64,000 bases of DNA from Moniliella sp. 'wahieum' (GCA_003971905.1 RSEE01000037.1:434001-498000), one strand, 5' to 3'; shown: positions 1 to 13,900, counted from the first letter of the stretch. Numbers and translations are program-made. The notes: generated by a model from the sequence alone, not told the origin.

Positions 1-1032
1 CACCCTCATTTCTTGCTTGCGACGACCATCCCGATTCCGATACCTACAGCCTGCCCCCACAACCTGGGAAACGCTCCCGCCTTGCTTCGCTCAACATGCT
101 CAAACGCCTCGACCGCACCGACGAGGCCGATGTGCTGGGTGTCTGGTACGCGGTTGACATCACCCTTCATCGTACCCACACCATCTCCACTCCCGCCGGG
201 GACACCATCCACATTCCAGTTATTTTCCTCGGTGAACCTGGGCCGCTGCCCCCCGGACCGACTACCCTCCCCGCTGCCCCAGTGCTAGAGCCGGGGCAAC
301 CCCTTGCTCCTGGCTGGGCGGTGAGCACACACAAGACGCGTTGGGCCGCACCTTGTGCCACCTCTTCCTGGTCAGTCCTCCCTCCTGAGGTGAGCGCTGA
401 GCTGCACATGCCCGTAGCTCCGTTGGTGGCGGGGCGGGCGATGCCTTGTCTCCTGGTCCTCCGACCCGAGGTGGACGAACAGCTACCCGGGTCCCCCACC
501 CGTCTACGGCAAGGGATGCCCTCCCCTCCCCTTTCAGCGGGAGAGGGAGAGTGAGCGCAGCATCCCATTTCTACGCCGGGTTGGAGGAAAAAGGAGCGCC
601 CGGGCTCAGATGAGTCAAGTTCCTCGCTCGAGCATTCGCGACGCAAGGTGGTGGAAGATCTTGCCTCCCATATCGCTCTCACTCTTGTCCAAGTCCTACA
701 GGCGGACGAGAACCATGTGCAGTCGGGCGCACGACCTCCTAGGATACATCTTCTGGCTCGCGCCGTTCTGCAGGAGGTCCCTGGCTCCGCCGGTGCTCGT
801 GTCTTGGCCGGAAGCCTGATCGTGCCTCCTCTCACCACCCCCAGCTTTCGCTGTGCTGCTGTCGTACTGGAACATGCCATTAAACTCGACCTCCTCTCCC
901 CTCCTCCCCCAAGGTGGCCAAGATCGTCGAAGTTGATGGCCCCCTTATTGACCCAGCGAGCGCCACTGACCTGCCCTTCTTACGGAGCTTTCGTCTTACC
1001 AAGTCCCAAGGCACACTTTGGGTCGATTGTAA
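1..1032 (+). CDS. 3' part of a hypothetical protein, possibly arrestin-like (arrestin-C-type beta domain with a PY-like motif); 5' end outside the window, frameshifted
   Basis: ORFs 96..554 and 648..1337 give beta-rich segments. GSLIVPPLTTPSFRCAAVVLEHAIKLDL resembles the PSF-x-x-x-x-x-x-(Y/H)-x-L end of fungal arrestin-C domains, and a PSYG motif lies near 975. The 3' end is a guess. Confidence 0.3.
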
Positions 1033-1488
1033 GGTTCAGCAGTAGCTGTACCCTCCCCCTCTCCTATACACATCACATGCCACACGCTCTTTTTTGTATC
1101 TGCATTCTTCATCTTTTTGCCCCACCTGTTTGTTCTCGTACTGCGGTAGCCCAGGGAGGTGGACGTGTGGCGAGTGTGATTTTGGTTGGCGAGTGCCGTA
1201 ACTCATTGTTCCGCAATCCATGGGCCCTCGTCCATCCGGGCAAATCAGAGGACAGGCGGGTTGTCCCTCGCAGTATTCTTTCATTGGCCTCATCAAAGAT
1301 GACCCGTCCATCACACATAGCGCATCCATTGTTGTGATCTGACTCTGGCAGAGTGCGATTTGGGAGCACTCGTGATCCTATGGATCAACTGCAAATCAAC
1401 CTTCAGACAAGGCGTGAAGGCGAAGGTGTGAGCCACAAGTCCCCAAGCAACAAGATATGCCAGAAACAAAATCATCAGGGTACCAAAA

Positions 1489-1585
1489 AGGTCCCACTGG
1501 GATTCGAACCCAGGTTTCAGGAAGACGATAGTCATCAGAAAGATGCATCAGAATCCTACTTGCTAACCAACTACAATATGGAACC
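1489..1585 (-). tRNA. tRNA-Gln (anticodon CTG) with a 24-nt intron (1524-1547)
   Basis: The minus strand folds as a cloverleaf: acceptor GGTTCCA/TGGGACC, D-arm TTGT-AGTTGGTTA-GCAA, anticodon stem TAGGA/TCCTG with loop TT-CTG-A, intron after position 37, T-arm CTGGG-TTCGAAT-CCCAG. A TTTTT Pol III terminator follows. Confidence 0.93.
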
Positions 1586-2136
1586 GTTGAAGGATGGTTG
1601 AAATCTTCCGGGAAAGACCAAATACCACGCGGAAAACTGAGAATGAAGCATCCGTGCTTTGTTTGGGGTACCAGGCATGAATGGATGAATGGAACCAAGT
1701 GTGCACCATGACTTACACAAACATCACCGGGCACCTAATGCACAATGAAGTTTGAGTCCGTTTAGGGAGAAGGAAGAAACGGGTGCTAATGTTGACCAGA
1801 TATCCATGGGGAGTCTTCTATGGAGCGCTCCCTCTCCGACTCTCCCCCTCCCGCGCACAATGACTTTCCTGGGTCTGAGATCTGATATCTGACCGGTGAC
1901 TTCTGACCTGTGACCTGTTCGTCTACCTCGTCTGCATCACCCGTCAGGTATCAGCGTTCAGCGTTCGTTCAGCGCACAACTTTGCCAAAAAGCAAAGGGA
2001 AAATAAAATAAAAGTGAGTTGCACCGATTGAGTGGGAGGGGCAGGCAAGTGGCTGCCCACCTATTTTTTGCCAGCTGGCTTATTGTCAGTGGGTCGTCTC
2101 CACCACACCTGCCCTCAGGCCTCATTATCGCTTGTT

Positions 2137-2925
2137 ATGCCGCAGAACGAGTACATCGAGGAGCACATCCGCCGTCATGGTCGCCGCATGGACCATGAGG
2201 AGCGGATGCGCAAGAAGGAGGCCCGTATGGTCCACAAACACTCAGCCATTGCTCAAAGCACCAAGGGTTGGAAGGCCAAGATGCTCAACAAGAAGCGCCG
2301 TGCCGAGAAGATCCAGATGAAGAAGACGATCAAGGCCCATGAGGAGCGTAATGTCAAGCAGGCCTCGGCACCTGCAGACGAGTCCGAAGCTCGACCTGCC
2401 TATCTTCTGGACCGTGAGGGTGAGCGCGACGCCAAAGCTCTGTCGTCGGCAGTCAAGGAGCGTAGGAAGGACAAGGCCGCTCGATTTGCTGTGCCCCTAC
2501 CGCAGGTGAGGGGTATTGCCGAGGACGAGGCATTTAAGGTGGTACGCTCTGGAAAGCGTAACTCGAACGCGTGGAAACGCATGGTCACCAAGGCCACCTT
2601 TGTCGGCGATGGATTTACCCGGAAACCCCCCAAGCTCGAACGCTTCATCCGACCCTCGGGGTTGCGCTTCAAGAAGGCCCACATCACTCACCCTGACCTC
2701 AAGGCTACCTTCCAACTGCCCATCTTGGGCGTCAAGAAGAACCCTCAGTCGCCCATGTACACGCAGTTGGGCGTGCTGACCAAGGGTACCATCATTGAGG
2801 TAAACGTGTCCGACCTGGGCATGGTCACCACAGGCGGCAAGGTGGTTTGGGGCAAGTATGCACAGGTGACCAACAATCCCGAGAATGACGGGTGCGTGAA
2901 CGGCGTACTGCTCCTGTCCGAGTGA
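2137..2925 (+). CDS. NSA2: Ribosome biogenesis protein NSA2 (pre-60S factor), intronless, 262 aa
   Basis: Starts [10 protein letters not shown], contains [28 protein letters not shown] and [29 protein letters not shown], and ends [18 protein letters not shown]. These are hallmark Nsa2 sequences in an intact frame. Confidence 0.97.
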   Translation: MPQNEYIEEHIRRHGRRMDHEERMRKKEARMVHKHSAIAQSTKGWKAKMLNKKRRAEKIQMKKTIKAHEERNVKQASAPADESEARPAYLLDREGERDAKALSSAVKERRKDKAARFAVPLPQVRGIAEDEAFKVVRSGKRNSNAWKRMVTKATFVGDGFTRKPPKLERFIRPSGLRFKKAHITHPDLKATFQLPILGVKKNPQSPMYTQLGVLTKGTIIEVNVSDLGMVTTGGKVVWGKYAQVTNNPENDGCVNGVLLLSE

Positions 2926-3246
2926 GCTGTGGGTTGGATAACCATGTGTACTATTATTATCACATTTGGACTTGTTACTATTGGACTGATTGCATGGAGT
3001 ATCGATACAGGTGCTTTTTGATGAAGTAGATGGAAAGAGCGTTGGGGGGCCGATGCTCAAACTGGTGGTGGAGTTGGCTTCATATTCTCCATTGGCACTC
3101 GAGGGTGGTGAATGCATGAAATTTACGAGAGGACAGAGGTTGGGAACAAAAGAAATGTACGCTTGCAATCTTGGCTCTCTTCCCGACATTTCCCTTATTG
3201 CTCTTGACACCTGCATTCTTCCCTCCCTTCTTCCTTTTATTAGCTG

Positions 3247-5483
3247 CTAGCTAACTTTACCTCTGGCAGCTTCATCCGACAGGATGGCCATATACCTCGT
3301 CGTAGCAAGCTCACAATGATATAAAGTTGATCTCATGAGCTGCATGCCAAGCGATGATACATGATTTTCTATGGCTGTATGCCTCCCCTCCATCAACATC
3401 CCTCGCGTGGTTGCCATATGCTTTTTCCATGGGGTGGACTCATCAATTGCATCAATGGACTCGCCCGGGATTTCGGTTGGCACCGATATGCATTTCCTGT
3501 CATTAACGTAGCACCGTCGGCCACATCACTGTCTATATGACGGTTTGTTGCAGTCCTCGATATAATTCCAGAGTAAAAGCGGCCGATTGTGTGAAGAGGG
3601 TCACAGTCACCTCACCCTCAATGCATCCCCCAGGACTCGAGCATGGTAGAAGTACAGAGAACCTTTTGGGCGGGGTGAGATTGAGAAGCGAGGACCATGA
3701 CGGTGCCAAAATGGCGGCGGCGAATGTAGTCAGCGAGAAGGGTCTCTACGCAGGTACTGTTGGTGACGCCTTGGAGCGAGAAGGGGGTAAGGATTAGATT
3801 GTCAAGGCCATGCTGCCAGTCGAGAATGTGAGGCGCAAGCGGCGTGCACGTTAACTCTTCGGCCATGAGCGGAAGTAATACGCATCCCGCCAAGGATGGT
3901 GTTGGTTTGAAAGGAGAGATCCGTGAGGATGCAATGCGGATTACTGCTAAAAATCCAGGGCCGCGGTGTATTTGTCCTGAAAGTGCATGCTTGTAGTTAC
4001 TCAAGATACAGATGCTTGTCCATTTTCGTCGGCTGATAATCCGATGGCCATTAACGTCTCGGTTTCGGGAAAGAGGAACCATGATTGAAGCGATGACACG
4101 TCAATGTGGAACTGGAAAGGTCAGTCCCAATCTTGTCAAAAAAGAGATGTCAAGATTCAAATACGAACCTGTTCTTTCGCGAGCCGGGCATGAGCCTGCT
4201 GACGGGTGGTGTCAATGTTGGCAAAGGCAATTGTAAATGTATCAACCTTTTCCAGACCTGCGTATTTGGTGCGGTCCATCAGCATTCGTTGCCATGACCA
4301 AACCGTGGTTCCCGTCTGCTTGTGGACTGCCACCACCCGCTCTGGTGTACTCATGCCCAGGAACAAATACTCGTCATCAGCGCCCAAACGTGTCACCAAG
4401 GGGGGTCTGGGGGTCTGGGACAGAGACGCGCCATCTCAACGAATTGGATTCCCTTGTATCCCAGTCGCAAGGCTGTACACGCGCACTGTGGCAAACTGGT
4501 TCGGGTCTCTGTATCCGTTGTCAGAAGGCAAGCAGACAGGAAAGAAGAGGGAGATTGATACATACGCGATGTAAAAGTGGGGAGGAACAATTGCACCATG
4601 TCGAAACGGGCGATACCTCTGATCATACCCAACTTCGAACAGATCCGTGTGACTCTTTTTCTGATAGTCACAAAAGACAGTGGCAGAGTACATCCAGGTT
4701 GAGGGTCCCACCTCTTCAGAGTCCGATGAGAATATTAGAGTTGAATTACAAAAGGCATAGGGGAGGACGTACCTTGGAGCCACAACGTGACGAGCCACCG
4801 ACCTCTTGCTACTCCGCCATCCAGTTCCTTGGGATATATGTAAGTCTTCTGAGGAGCATCTCCCGGATCCTCTTCGGGACGTATCCCCACAAAGAAGACA
4901 TCGGCGTGGATCCGAGCATCCGGATCCCGTGTCCAGCTCGCTGCATCGGTCCAAGAACAGCTCCCTGGGCCGTGACGATCGTTGCACGCACAAATGGGTA
5001 GCGTAAACTGACCTTCAGTCCCCACATCTGCCTCGTCTTGACCCCTACAAAGCCGACGTCAGCATCCACGGGGGCGGGGAGGAGGCGCTTTGCCTGAAGA
5101 CGCTCGCCAAGTATGTTCCAGCCGAGGAAACGTTCGCCCAACTCGGCACAGTAGACTAACGTACCCCAGGACGAAACCTTACCGACGACTCCCAGTTGGA
5201 GGGCTGCATCAGCTAAGGAAGCATCCTTGGGTATTTGCAGAACACGGCATGCGAGGATGCGCCAGACATGGCCATCGTGCAAGATCTGCAGGAAGCCTGG
5301 GGAGAAGGTTTTGGGGGCCAGGCTGTCGTCTGTGACGCTCTCTGCGGTACAACCGATGAGACGTACGCTTGCATGTCCAGGCGAGCTGGCGATGTCTGCG
5401 GGAGCAAGGATGCCACAGACTGCTATGTGTTGCACCAGCTCGACGGGGATGCATTCCAGTTGGCGGAAGGTGATGCTGGTCAT
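3247..5483 (-). CDS. Hypothetical protein with an N-terminal F-box-like motif (multiple frameshifts; 3' end uncertain)
   Basis: ORF 4809..5483 starts MTSITFRQLECIPVELVQHIA...LAPADIA (LxxLPxELxxxI F-box pattern). Protein-like minus-strand ORFs continue at 4157..4399, 3618..4082 and 3247..3483. Confidence 0.4.
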
Positions 5484-5727
5484 CGCTCCCAGGCAGGCGG
5501 CGTTGGTGGTGATGGCGATGGTGGTGGTGGTGGATCCACCGGAGATGCGCTCGGACCCACTGAATCACTCCGCCAGTGGCGGCGCAACGAGAAATGACAA
5601 TGACGTGGCCTTACGTACGCGCGGTCGGACCCTCGCCCCGGACGCAACCGGCCGCTTGTCTTCGATGGCCGCCTCTGCTTCGGCCCCACCACGACTGCCC
5701 CTCCCGTTCGTCTGAGCCGAGGCGCCG

Positions 5728-8220
5728 ATGACTGCCCCCTACCTTCTCTCTGCCCAGCTGCACGGCCACACCGCCGACGTGCGCGGGGTCGCCACCGCCA
5801 CCCTCGCTGGCGGCCACCTGATCTTGTCTGGCTCGCGCGACGGCACTGGCCGCCTGTGGCATCGCCCCGGCTCGGCCACGTCGGGCGAAGTGGTGCCCGC
5901 AACGGTGCTGACGGGCCACCAAGGGTTTGTGAATGCGGTCGCCTTTTGGCGCCAGTCTGGTGGTCTGTTTGCTGTCACGGCCGGGCAGGACAAGACGGTG
6001 CGGGTGTACTCGGTGGCGCATGCTGGAGATGCGGTGGCCGCCGCGCAGGAACCGGCCGCGATCTTGACTGGCCACACGGAGAATGTCTGTGCGCTCGCTT
6101 CCGGTCCTGCTCCCGCGGGCAATGGCAGCTGGTTAGTGAGTGCCAGTTGGGACAAGACGGCCAAAGTATGGAAAGAGGATGGGACGTTGGTAGCAACTCT
6201 CAAGGGCCATGAGATGGCCGTGTGGGCGGTGCTTCTTTTGCCTTCAGGCCAAGTCCTCACCGCCTCGGCCGACAAGACGATTCGGCTGTGGGATCCGTTG
6301 CGCCCTCAAGCCCGCTAGCCGTGTTTATGGGCCACAAGGATGCTGTGCGCGGACTAGCGTTGCTCTCCCCCTCCCGGTTTGCTAGCTGCGGTAACGACGG
6401 CACTATTGCGATCTACACACTTGAGGTGGTGACGCGATTCGGTCAATCGGCCGGTGCAAACCCTTTCAGGGCACACCTCCTTTGTCTACAGCTTAACGTT
6501 CATCCCCAACTCGGAGGGGCAACTTGCCTCGTCGGGAGAAGACCGATCTGTACGAGTCTGGTCTCCTGAGGGCTCAGTGGCGCAGACGATCACGCTGCCT
6601 GCAATTTCTGTGTGGGCGATTGCTGCCCTTGACGATGGCGACTTGGTCACCGCTACCAACGATGGTGTTGTACGCGTCTTCTCGCGCAACCCAGCGCACA
6701 AGGCTTCAGCTGCCGAGATCGAGGTCGTCTGTTTCCTAGTCATTTTTTCATGTACTAACCCTTCCCCCCTCGGTCGGTTACCTCAGACGTATGACGCCGC
6801 AGTAGCTTCTCAAGAACTTAACAAGGCTCAAATTGGCGATGTCAAGGTATCTCAACTCCCCGGCATCGAAGCGCTCCAACAAGCCGGCAAGAACGAGGGA
6901 GATGTCAAGATGGTTCGCAGCGCCGATGGGAGTAAGGCGAGCATACCAGTGGACCATGGGAACATGGCAAAAGGTGGGAGACGTTGTGGGCGGGGTGAGC
7001 AAGAAGCAGAAGCAGCTCTTTGATGGCAAAGAGTGGGACTATGTGTTTGATGTGGACGTGCAAGAAGGTGCGCCGCCTCTGAAGCTGCCGTACAACGTCG
7101 ATGAAAACGCCTATGTTGCCGCCCAGCGTTTCTTGGAGCGCAACGAACTCCCTCTTTCCTTTTGGAGCAGGTAGTCCAGTTCATTGACAAGAACACTGAT
7201 GGCGCCTCCTCTGCCCAGGCTGGGTCCGGTTTCCGCGACCCTTACACTGGTGCATCCAGCTATGCTCCTTCGGGCTCTGCGCCGCGCGCAGGTACCTCCT
7301 CTACCACCGGATACGCTGACCCTTTCACTGGTGGGGGTAGCTATCGTCCTACCTCTGCTCTCCGGCTCCTGTGCAACCCGCTACCGACCCTTACACTGGT
7401 GTCGCCCTGGGTCGGCCTAAGGTACTTCCCCAACGATCAGGACTTCAATTCAGTGCGTTCAAGGCGGCGCCCGTAAAGACGAAACTGGCTACGCTTGCTG
7501 TGGATGCAGGGCAGCAAGGCTCGCTGGACGTTCTGACGAGTGTGGTGGACAAGGTGGGCGCCGGGACAGCGCTTTCGTCGACCGATCTGTCCGAGTTGGA
7601 AGCGAGTCTACTGCAATGGCCCAGTGAGGCACGTTTCCCGCTTTGGACACTTACCGTCGTGCGGTGTTGAGTGGGGAGGGGATCGATGTACTGCAGGTGG
7701 CGCGTGTGGCGTTCCAAGCTGCGGACTGGGGGGCGTGGGGCGACGCTCATCCGAGCAAAGTGCAAGAAACGAATGCGATGCTGGCGCTGCGAGCGGTGGC
7801 GAATGCGTTGGCTGCAGCGGGTCCTTCAGCGTCTGGTCCGGCGCTGGATGGGATCACTAACCTGATCCTCTCTGGGCAATCGGGATTGTTGGCCGGGAAG
7901 CCTGCGCGGGTGGCATTGGGACGGTGGTGCTGAACCTGGTTGTGGCGATGGATGGGACGGCGTCGGCTGTTGCCGGGGAAGGGATTGTGCGTTTGACCAC
8001 CTCGGCGCTTGCGTCGGAGATGGAGCGTGGGTCTGAAGCAGATTCCGAGGCTTCGTACCGCTTGGTTGTTGCCGCTGGATCGCTGGCGACAGGGCCCGCG
8101 CACGGCTCGCTGCCTGCCGAGGGGGTGATGGTGGTGCAGGAGGTGGCGCGGGCAGTGGCGCAGCAGTTTGCTAGCGAACCGCGCTTTGGCGATCTGCTTG
8201 CGGAACTCAAGGCGCTTTGA
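5728..8220 (+). CDS. DOA1: DOA1/UFD3/Lub1 (PLAA homolog): WD40 repeats plus PFU and PUL domains; intron 6724-6786; several indel frameshifts
   Basis: YLLSAQLHGHTADVRGV N-terminus, WD repeats (GHTENVCAL, SASWDKTAKVW, ASSGEDRSVRVW), PFU motif FDGKEWDYVFDVDVQEGAPPLKLPYNVDENAYVAAQRFLERNELP, DPYTG/DPFTG repeats, and a PUL region (WPSEARFP; NAMLALRAVAN). The intron reads GTCGTC..TACTAAC..CAG. Confidence 0.93.
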
Positions 8221-8715
8221 ACCGGGAGATGGGTTGGCATTGCATCCCCCGCATGGTACCTATGCTGGCTCATGCCCAGCTAGAACGGGAGGAGCAGAGG
8301 CAGGGCTGCCGGATAGCAGGCAGCAGGCAGCAGCCGCCTCGAGACGTCGGCAGGGCTGGAGATAGCAGCGCGGGCGTGAACATGGCGACTAGCGTCTGAG
8401 CCAGAGACCGTCGCCCAAGGAAAGGCAGCAAGGGAGACAGGGCTGAGAGACAGGATGGCGAGAAGGACTGGCCAAATGGGAGGCCATCGCCAGCCCATGT
8501 CGTGCCTGTCCCAGGAAGGGCCCACGTGCACACACCGATCCATACGCACAGGGCAGAACCGAGGCTTGGGTGTGTCATGTAATACAAAGAAAGCTGTCGG
8601 TAACGCACGCCGACGCGAGGCTGGTGGGGGCGGAGTTAGGGTTTCAGCCGAGCCGCACCAGAGCAGCGCGTAATTCGTCCCCCCGCACACGGGGCCACTT
8701 AGCCCATTCCGTGCC

Positions 8716-10201
8716 ATGTCCCTACAGCTCGTTGCCGGCCGGAAGAATATCGTCCGACCCACCCTGCCCCAACCAACGCCATCCGCACCGCTCGCTTCGC
8801 CCCTCCCGCCCCGCCCATGTGCGTCCGGCCCGCGCAGGCAGCCCGGCTGCGCGCCCACCCACCCCTCGCCCACGACGGCACCTGGCACCTCGCCCATGCC
8901 CATGCGTCCCTGCCTCTCGGCCATCCCACCCACGCCCTCTACCGCCCTCTCCCCCCTCGCCCCCCCACTCCCCCACGAGAGCGACAAGGAACGAGACGAG
9001 CAGACCGCCCCGCATCCCACCCAGATCGCGGTGGAGCGGATCTGGCGCGCGCGCGATCAGCGCAAAGGCCGCCACGCTCTCCGCATCCACCATCCCCGCC
9101 GTGTCGCTGTGCCCGCCGCCATCCCTGCCTCGACCCAGAGTGTGCGCGCGTGGGTTCTGGCATTGTCCGCCTCTTTACCCAGTTCCCCTTCTACGACCTC
9201 TCCTACCTCCTTGCCTTTACCTTTACCTTGGCTCGGTGGTCTGGTGTGTCAATGGCTTCTTTGCCTGGCTGCCTACCTCCATCCGAGCTGGACCTTCCCA
9301 GGGGAAGTCCTGGATGGTGGCGGGATCACTGCGCTGGTGGGTGCCACAGTGTTTGAGGTGGGTGCGGTGCTCGGGCTACTCGAGGTGTTTAACCAAGGCA
9401 CATCTGCCTCCTTTGGCTGGGCCCTCGAGCTGCTCTTCCTCCCCATAAGCCACACCCACCCACTGACCCAACTTCACCTCCATCCCAGTCCCAGACCGGG
9501 ACCAGGCCCCGGACCAGGACCCAGACCCGGTCCAGGCCCACCTGCTCCGCGCCGAGGCGGACAAGTACGCGGATACGCGCCCGGCGAGGCTAATCAAGCA
9601 CAAGCCTCTGCCCACTTCCTCCCTTTCTGGGGACGAGGAGCAGTCGCTAGCATCGGATTCGGTGACGATGCGCAACGCGGATGCGGCGGCGGTGCGCGCG
9701 CAGTACCGGGCGCAGGCTGAGCAGTTTCGGTGGGGGTCGGCTGGAAAGAGATCCGATCGCGGTATTGGTACGATCTTGGGTTTTGGGCCAACGTGACGCA
9801 GTTGGTGGGTGCGACGTTGTATTGGATGTCGGGCATTGTGGGTACGCCCGGGATTTTGAACCGGTTGAATGAGCGCACTGAAAATGGGGTGTATTATCTG
9901 CCGCAAACTATCGGGGGCGCCTTTTTCGTCATTTCCTCGAGCCTGCTCATGCTTGAGACGCAAACCCTGGTGGCGTCCGTCGCTCGGCGTCTTGGGCTGG
10001 CACATTGCGTTTTGGAACTGGATTGGCGGGTTGGGGTTCATGTTGTGTGGCGCATTGGGCTTTGGCGCATACCGCAACTCGGGAGTGGGGTACCAGTCTA
10101 CCCTGACTACCTTTTGGGCCTCGTGGGCGTTCCTGATAGGATCCGTGTTGCAGCTGTACGAATCCCTGGACAAGTACCCAGTCACGCATCAAAAAACCTA
10201 A
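8716..10201 (+). CDS. Conserved fungal integral membrane protein (multi-TM, unknown function), frameshifted
   Basis: Stitched frames give IWRARDQRKGRH, LVGATVFEVGAVLGLLEVFN, YWYDLGFWANVTQLVGATLYWMSGIVG, WHIAFWNWIGGLGFMLCGALG and TFWASWAFLIGSVLQLYESLDKYP. These are repeated W/G-rich TM helices typical of an uncharacterised fungal family. Confidence 0.7.
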
Positions 10202-10959
10202 CCTGACCTCTCATGGCTTCAATGGCATGACGACACCTTGGTTGCTCCTCTTCCCCTCTACTCTGTTGTTTAAGAGTCAACATTCACTCGTTGGTCCAAT
10301 GTGACATGTGATCCCTCTGCCCTGGTTGCTGTCTGCTCTTGCCAAGCGGGACGAATTGCTACAAGAATGCTGCCGCCCCTATCTGTAATGCTTTCGTACT
10401 TATGTATGTGCCCCTCCTCGCACACGTTGGGCTATGTATTATGCTGCTGTACTCCCCTTGTGTGCCATTAGCGGATCTCTGATTGGTAATGGGCCAGGCA
10501 AGGAAACTGCTCTTCGTCCCACTTCAGAAGGGGGCTAGATGTGGCTGATTGACCATGACTATATCACACCCCCTCCCGCACGTGGCAGCCACGCCGGACC
10601 TAATTCATCCCTCTACATAAGGTGGCCTGCCGATCTATCGATATCACGGGCATCCATCTATACTAGTCCTCTATCGAGACGGGCCAAATTTGGAGTACAG
10701 TGTCAGTACCGACCCACTGAAGCGTACCGAGGAAACTGGATCAAGTACTATTCAAACCCACACTCCCAGCGTGGGAGAGGGGGAGGGCAGCGAGGTACGC
10801 CGCATAATGCATCACGGCAACAGTGAGTGGGAAAAGAGGGGAAGGGAGTCAGAGAGGCTCAATGGAGCTTGGTAACATGTAACAACGCTACCCATGTGGG
10901 ACGCGAAGGGATGGGATGAGATCGGTCAGAGATACATGTACCCCATCAAGCATCAAGCT

Positions 10960-13900
10960 TCAAGTGGGCCATGCTCCACCACGCAAGTCCACCGATTCAG
11001 ATCCAACCCATTGCACGGACTGATTCACCATGTCCACATCAGCGCCGCCACGAGCCGCGCTGCGCGGGCCGTGGCCCGGTCTTCTGGGCCAACGGGACGG
11101 GCCCGGGATCGAACAGGGAAACCCCTCCCGCGCCTCCTGCACCCACGACCGCACGTGGGTCGTCCGGCCCCATGGTGGCGGAATGCGCAGGAGCCCGAGG
11201 TGGAGCCTGAGGCGCCGCACCGGAGAAGAAACGGAGGAGAAAACGTGGAACCAAAAGGAGGCGGGGGAGGAGGAACGTTGCACCGCCTGGCCCGTCACGC
11301 CCATGCCCAGGGTGGTGGCAGAACTAGGATGGGGAATGCGATGAGCCGCATGGGGGCCAAGGGCGCCGGCAAGTGGAGTAGCGGGAGCGCGACGGAAGGC
11401 GTGCCGTCCCTCGGTACGCCGGGTCCCGCTCGGGTCCGAGACGCGAAGGGAGGACCGAGTAGGTCCGCGTTCGTCTCGTGGGCAGGTCGGTTGAGCGCTG
11501 GTCGAGTGGTCAGACGAGTCGTGGGAAGGCTGCGACTGGGGAGAAGGGTAAGAAGGGTACTGGGAGAAGAGGGCGGAGCGGGCGGAGCGGCCTCCCAGCC
11601 GTCTGTGTCGTGCGACGAGGCGACACTGGCGCGTGCCGAATCGGGGTGCCACTGGTCGACAAGGGGGGAGGGGGACGCATCGTACTGTAGGCTGCTTGGT
11701 TGGCTGGGAACAGATTGCAAGCGCAGTTGGTCGCGACGCTCGCGTTCAAAGTCGGCCCAGCGTTTCATGGGGATAAAGCTAGGATCGAAGGATGCTGCGC
11801 CTTGGTCGTCTTCGGCAGAGGGGTCGCCCTTGCCCTTGGGACCTGGTGCGCCTTGGATGAGACGGGTGGCGCCCCAGCTAAAGTCATCAAAGTGCCAAAA
11901 GGCGTAGGTGGGCAAGACCATGTTCCAAATCGGCAAGGACACGAGGTAAATCGCCATCCAGCCCACGTAAGACCACTTGCGCGACGTGACGACGATCAGT
12001 ACACCTGGCAAGCCAGGATAATGGCCAGCAAGACCAGGGGGATGATGGGAATGGTGGTGCCCTTGGCGCCATCGACACCTGCAATCACCACGACATAAAA
12101 GGTAAATACCAAGGCGGCCGGTAAGACCAAGGTGCCCACTAGTTCCATCGCAATCATAAACCGCATACTGAGGCAAAACACGCCACAGAGCTCGTTGACC
12201 AACACCAATTCGAACAAGTTGTGCACCGTCGAGTTGATCCACCTCCGTCGTTGCGACAACAACACCTTAAACGTATCTGGCACCACAGTCTTGCAGACGG
12301 CTTGCGGCACAAACATCATCTTGCGTTTGGGGAACGTCTTGAGCATCAGCGTCGTCAAGTACCGATCCTCCCCCAGCAACAGGAGGTTCTTTTTGTGCAA
12401 CGTATCCACCACGTTTTCCGAATAATGTTCCACAATGTCGGGGTTGGCCAGGATGGGGACCCAGTATCCGTTCGGTCCCTTGGGTGCCTTGATCCGGTAC
12501 GCGCTAAAGCAGCCCGGTAGACACGTTACCCCCAAAGCACGCCTCACACGCCTTTTGCGAGTGATGAGAAATGTAGTATTCGAATACTGCAAAGGGAGAA
12601 CATAGCAAGGCCAACAGAGATGAGAGACAGAGGCAAAGACAGAGGAGCCGGAGGGTCAGTGACCAATCAAATCAAATCAAAACAAACCCAATGAAGAGGG
12701 AAAAACGGCGTGTTGTAGTATATTCTTTGTACGTACCTTGAATCATGGTGACCCAGGAATGAGATTTATTGGCGACCTTGGTCTCGCCACAGAGGCCCAT
12801 GATCTCCACATCTTCCACCATGCAGGATACCATGCGGGAGAGGGCGTCGGGGAAGACCTTGGTATCGGCGTCGACCATCAAGATGATTTCAAACCTGTCG
12901 GGTTGAACGCCGGTGGTACGCCAGATGGCATTGAAAAACTCGTATTCCAACCGGGTCATGCGTTCGTCAAACATGACCTTTTGCAAAAAGGCCATCAAGA
13001 TCATTTGACTGTCGCGCTTGCCGCGGTTGCCCGGCTTGGCCGTGTCCACCTCGAGCGGAGAACCACACTTGGCAACGAGGATCATGGGCACGCGCTGTTG
13101 TTTGCTCCGCTCCACCGTCGCATTGTCATAGTCGTAAAAGCCACCGTACCTTAGCCATGTTGTGACGTTTGTACCCATCCGCAATGGCTACGTACGAGTG
13201 TCCCTCCACATCTTCCGCCGGAACAATCAGGTCCTTCATCAGGCTCAAGCAAATGTCGGGCGTAGACAAGTCGGATCCGTCGCCCTTGACAATCCCATCG
13301 GCAATGACCAGCAAGAGTTTGTGGCTGTTGGGGTAATCGGTGGTAGCCAAGGAATCCAGCGTCGTACGCAACCCTTCAAATGACTCGGAGTAGGCTGTGA
13401 CGAGACAAATCGAGTGCGCAAGCGGGAAGCCAAATGGCATAAAATCGGGGGACGGTTGCGGCACCACGTTGACCAGCGGGAACGGGCAGCGCGATTCGGT
13501 CGGGGCTTGGGTAGTAGTAGCCTGGCTGGTGGAGCCAGTGGACAGAGCCATCCCATGCGCGTCCGAGAAGGAGGAGTGGCTGGATCCCCAGAGGCCAGGG
13601 GAGGTGGCATTGGCGGTGGCGGAAAGGTCCTTGGACATGCTCATCAGTTTCTCAGACGCAAGGCGGCTTGCACACTCGCCTTGTTAGCGTTGGCATGACT
13701 GAAGCGGGACGAAGAAGGCAGGATGGTCCGGGGCTTTTTGAACGTGCTCTTTTTGGCGTTGGGACGGTAGCGAGCCGGGGCGGGACGGTAAATGTCGGAA
13801 GACCAAGCCTCAATTTCTTGCCTGCGCTTTTTGCGTTGTTCGGCCGTCTGGTTCTTGCCGTACGCGCCCAGTCGCCACGACAGGCACCAACCAAAGATGA

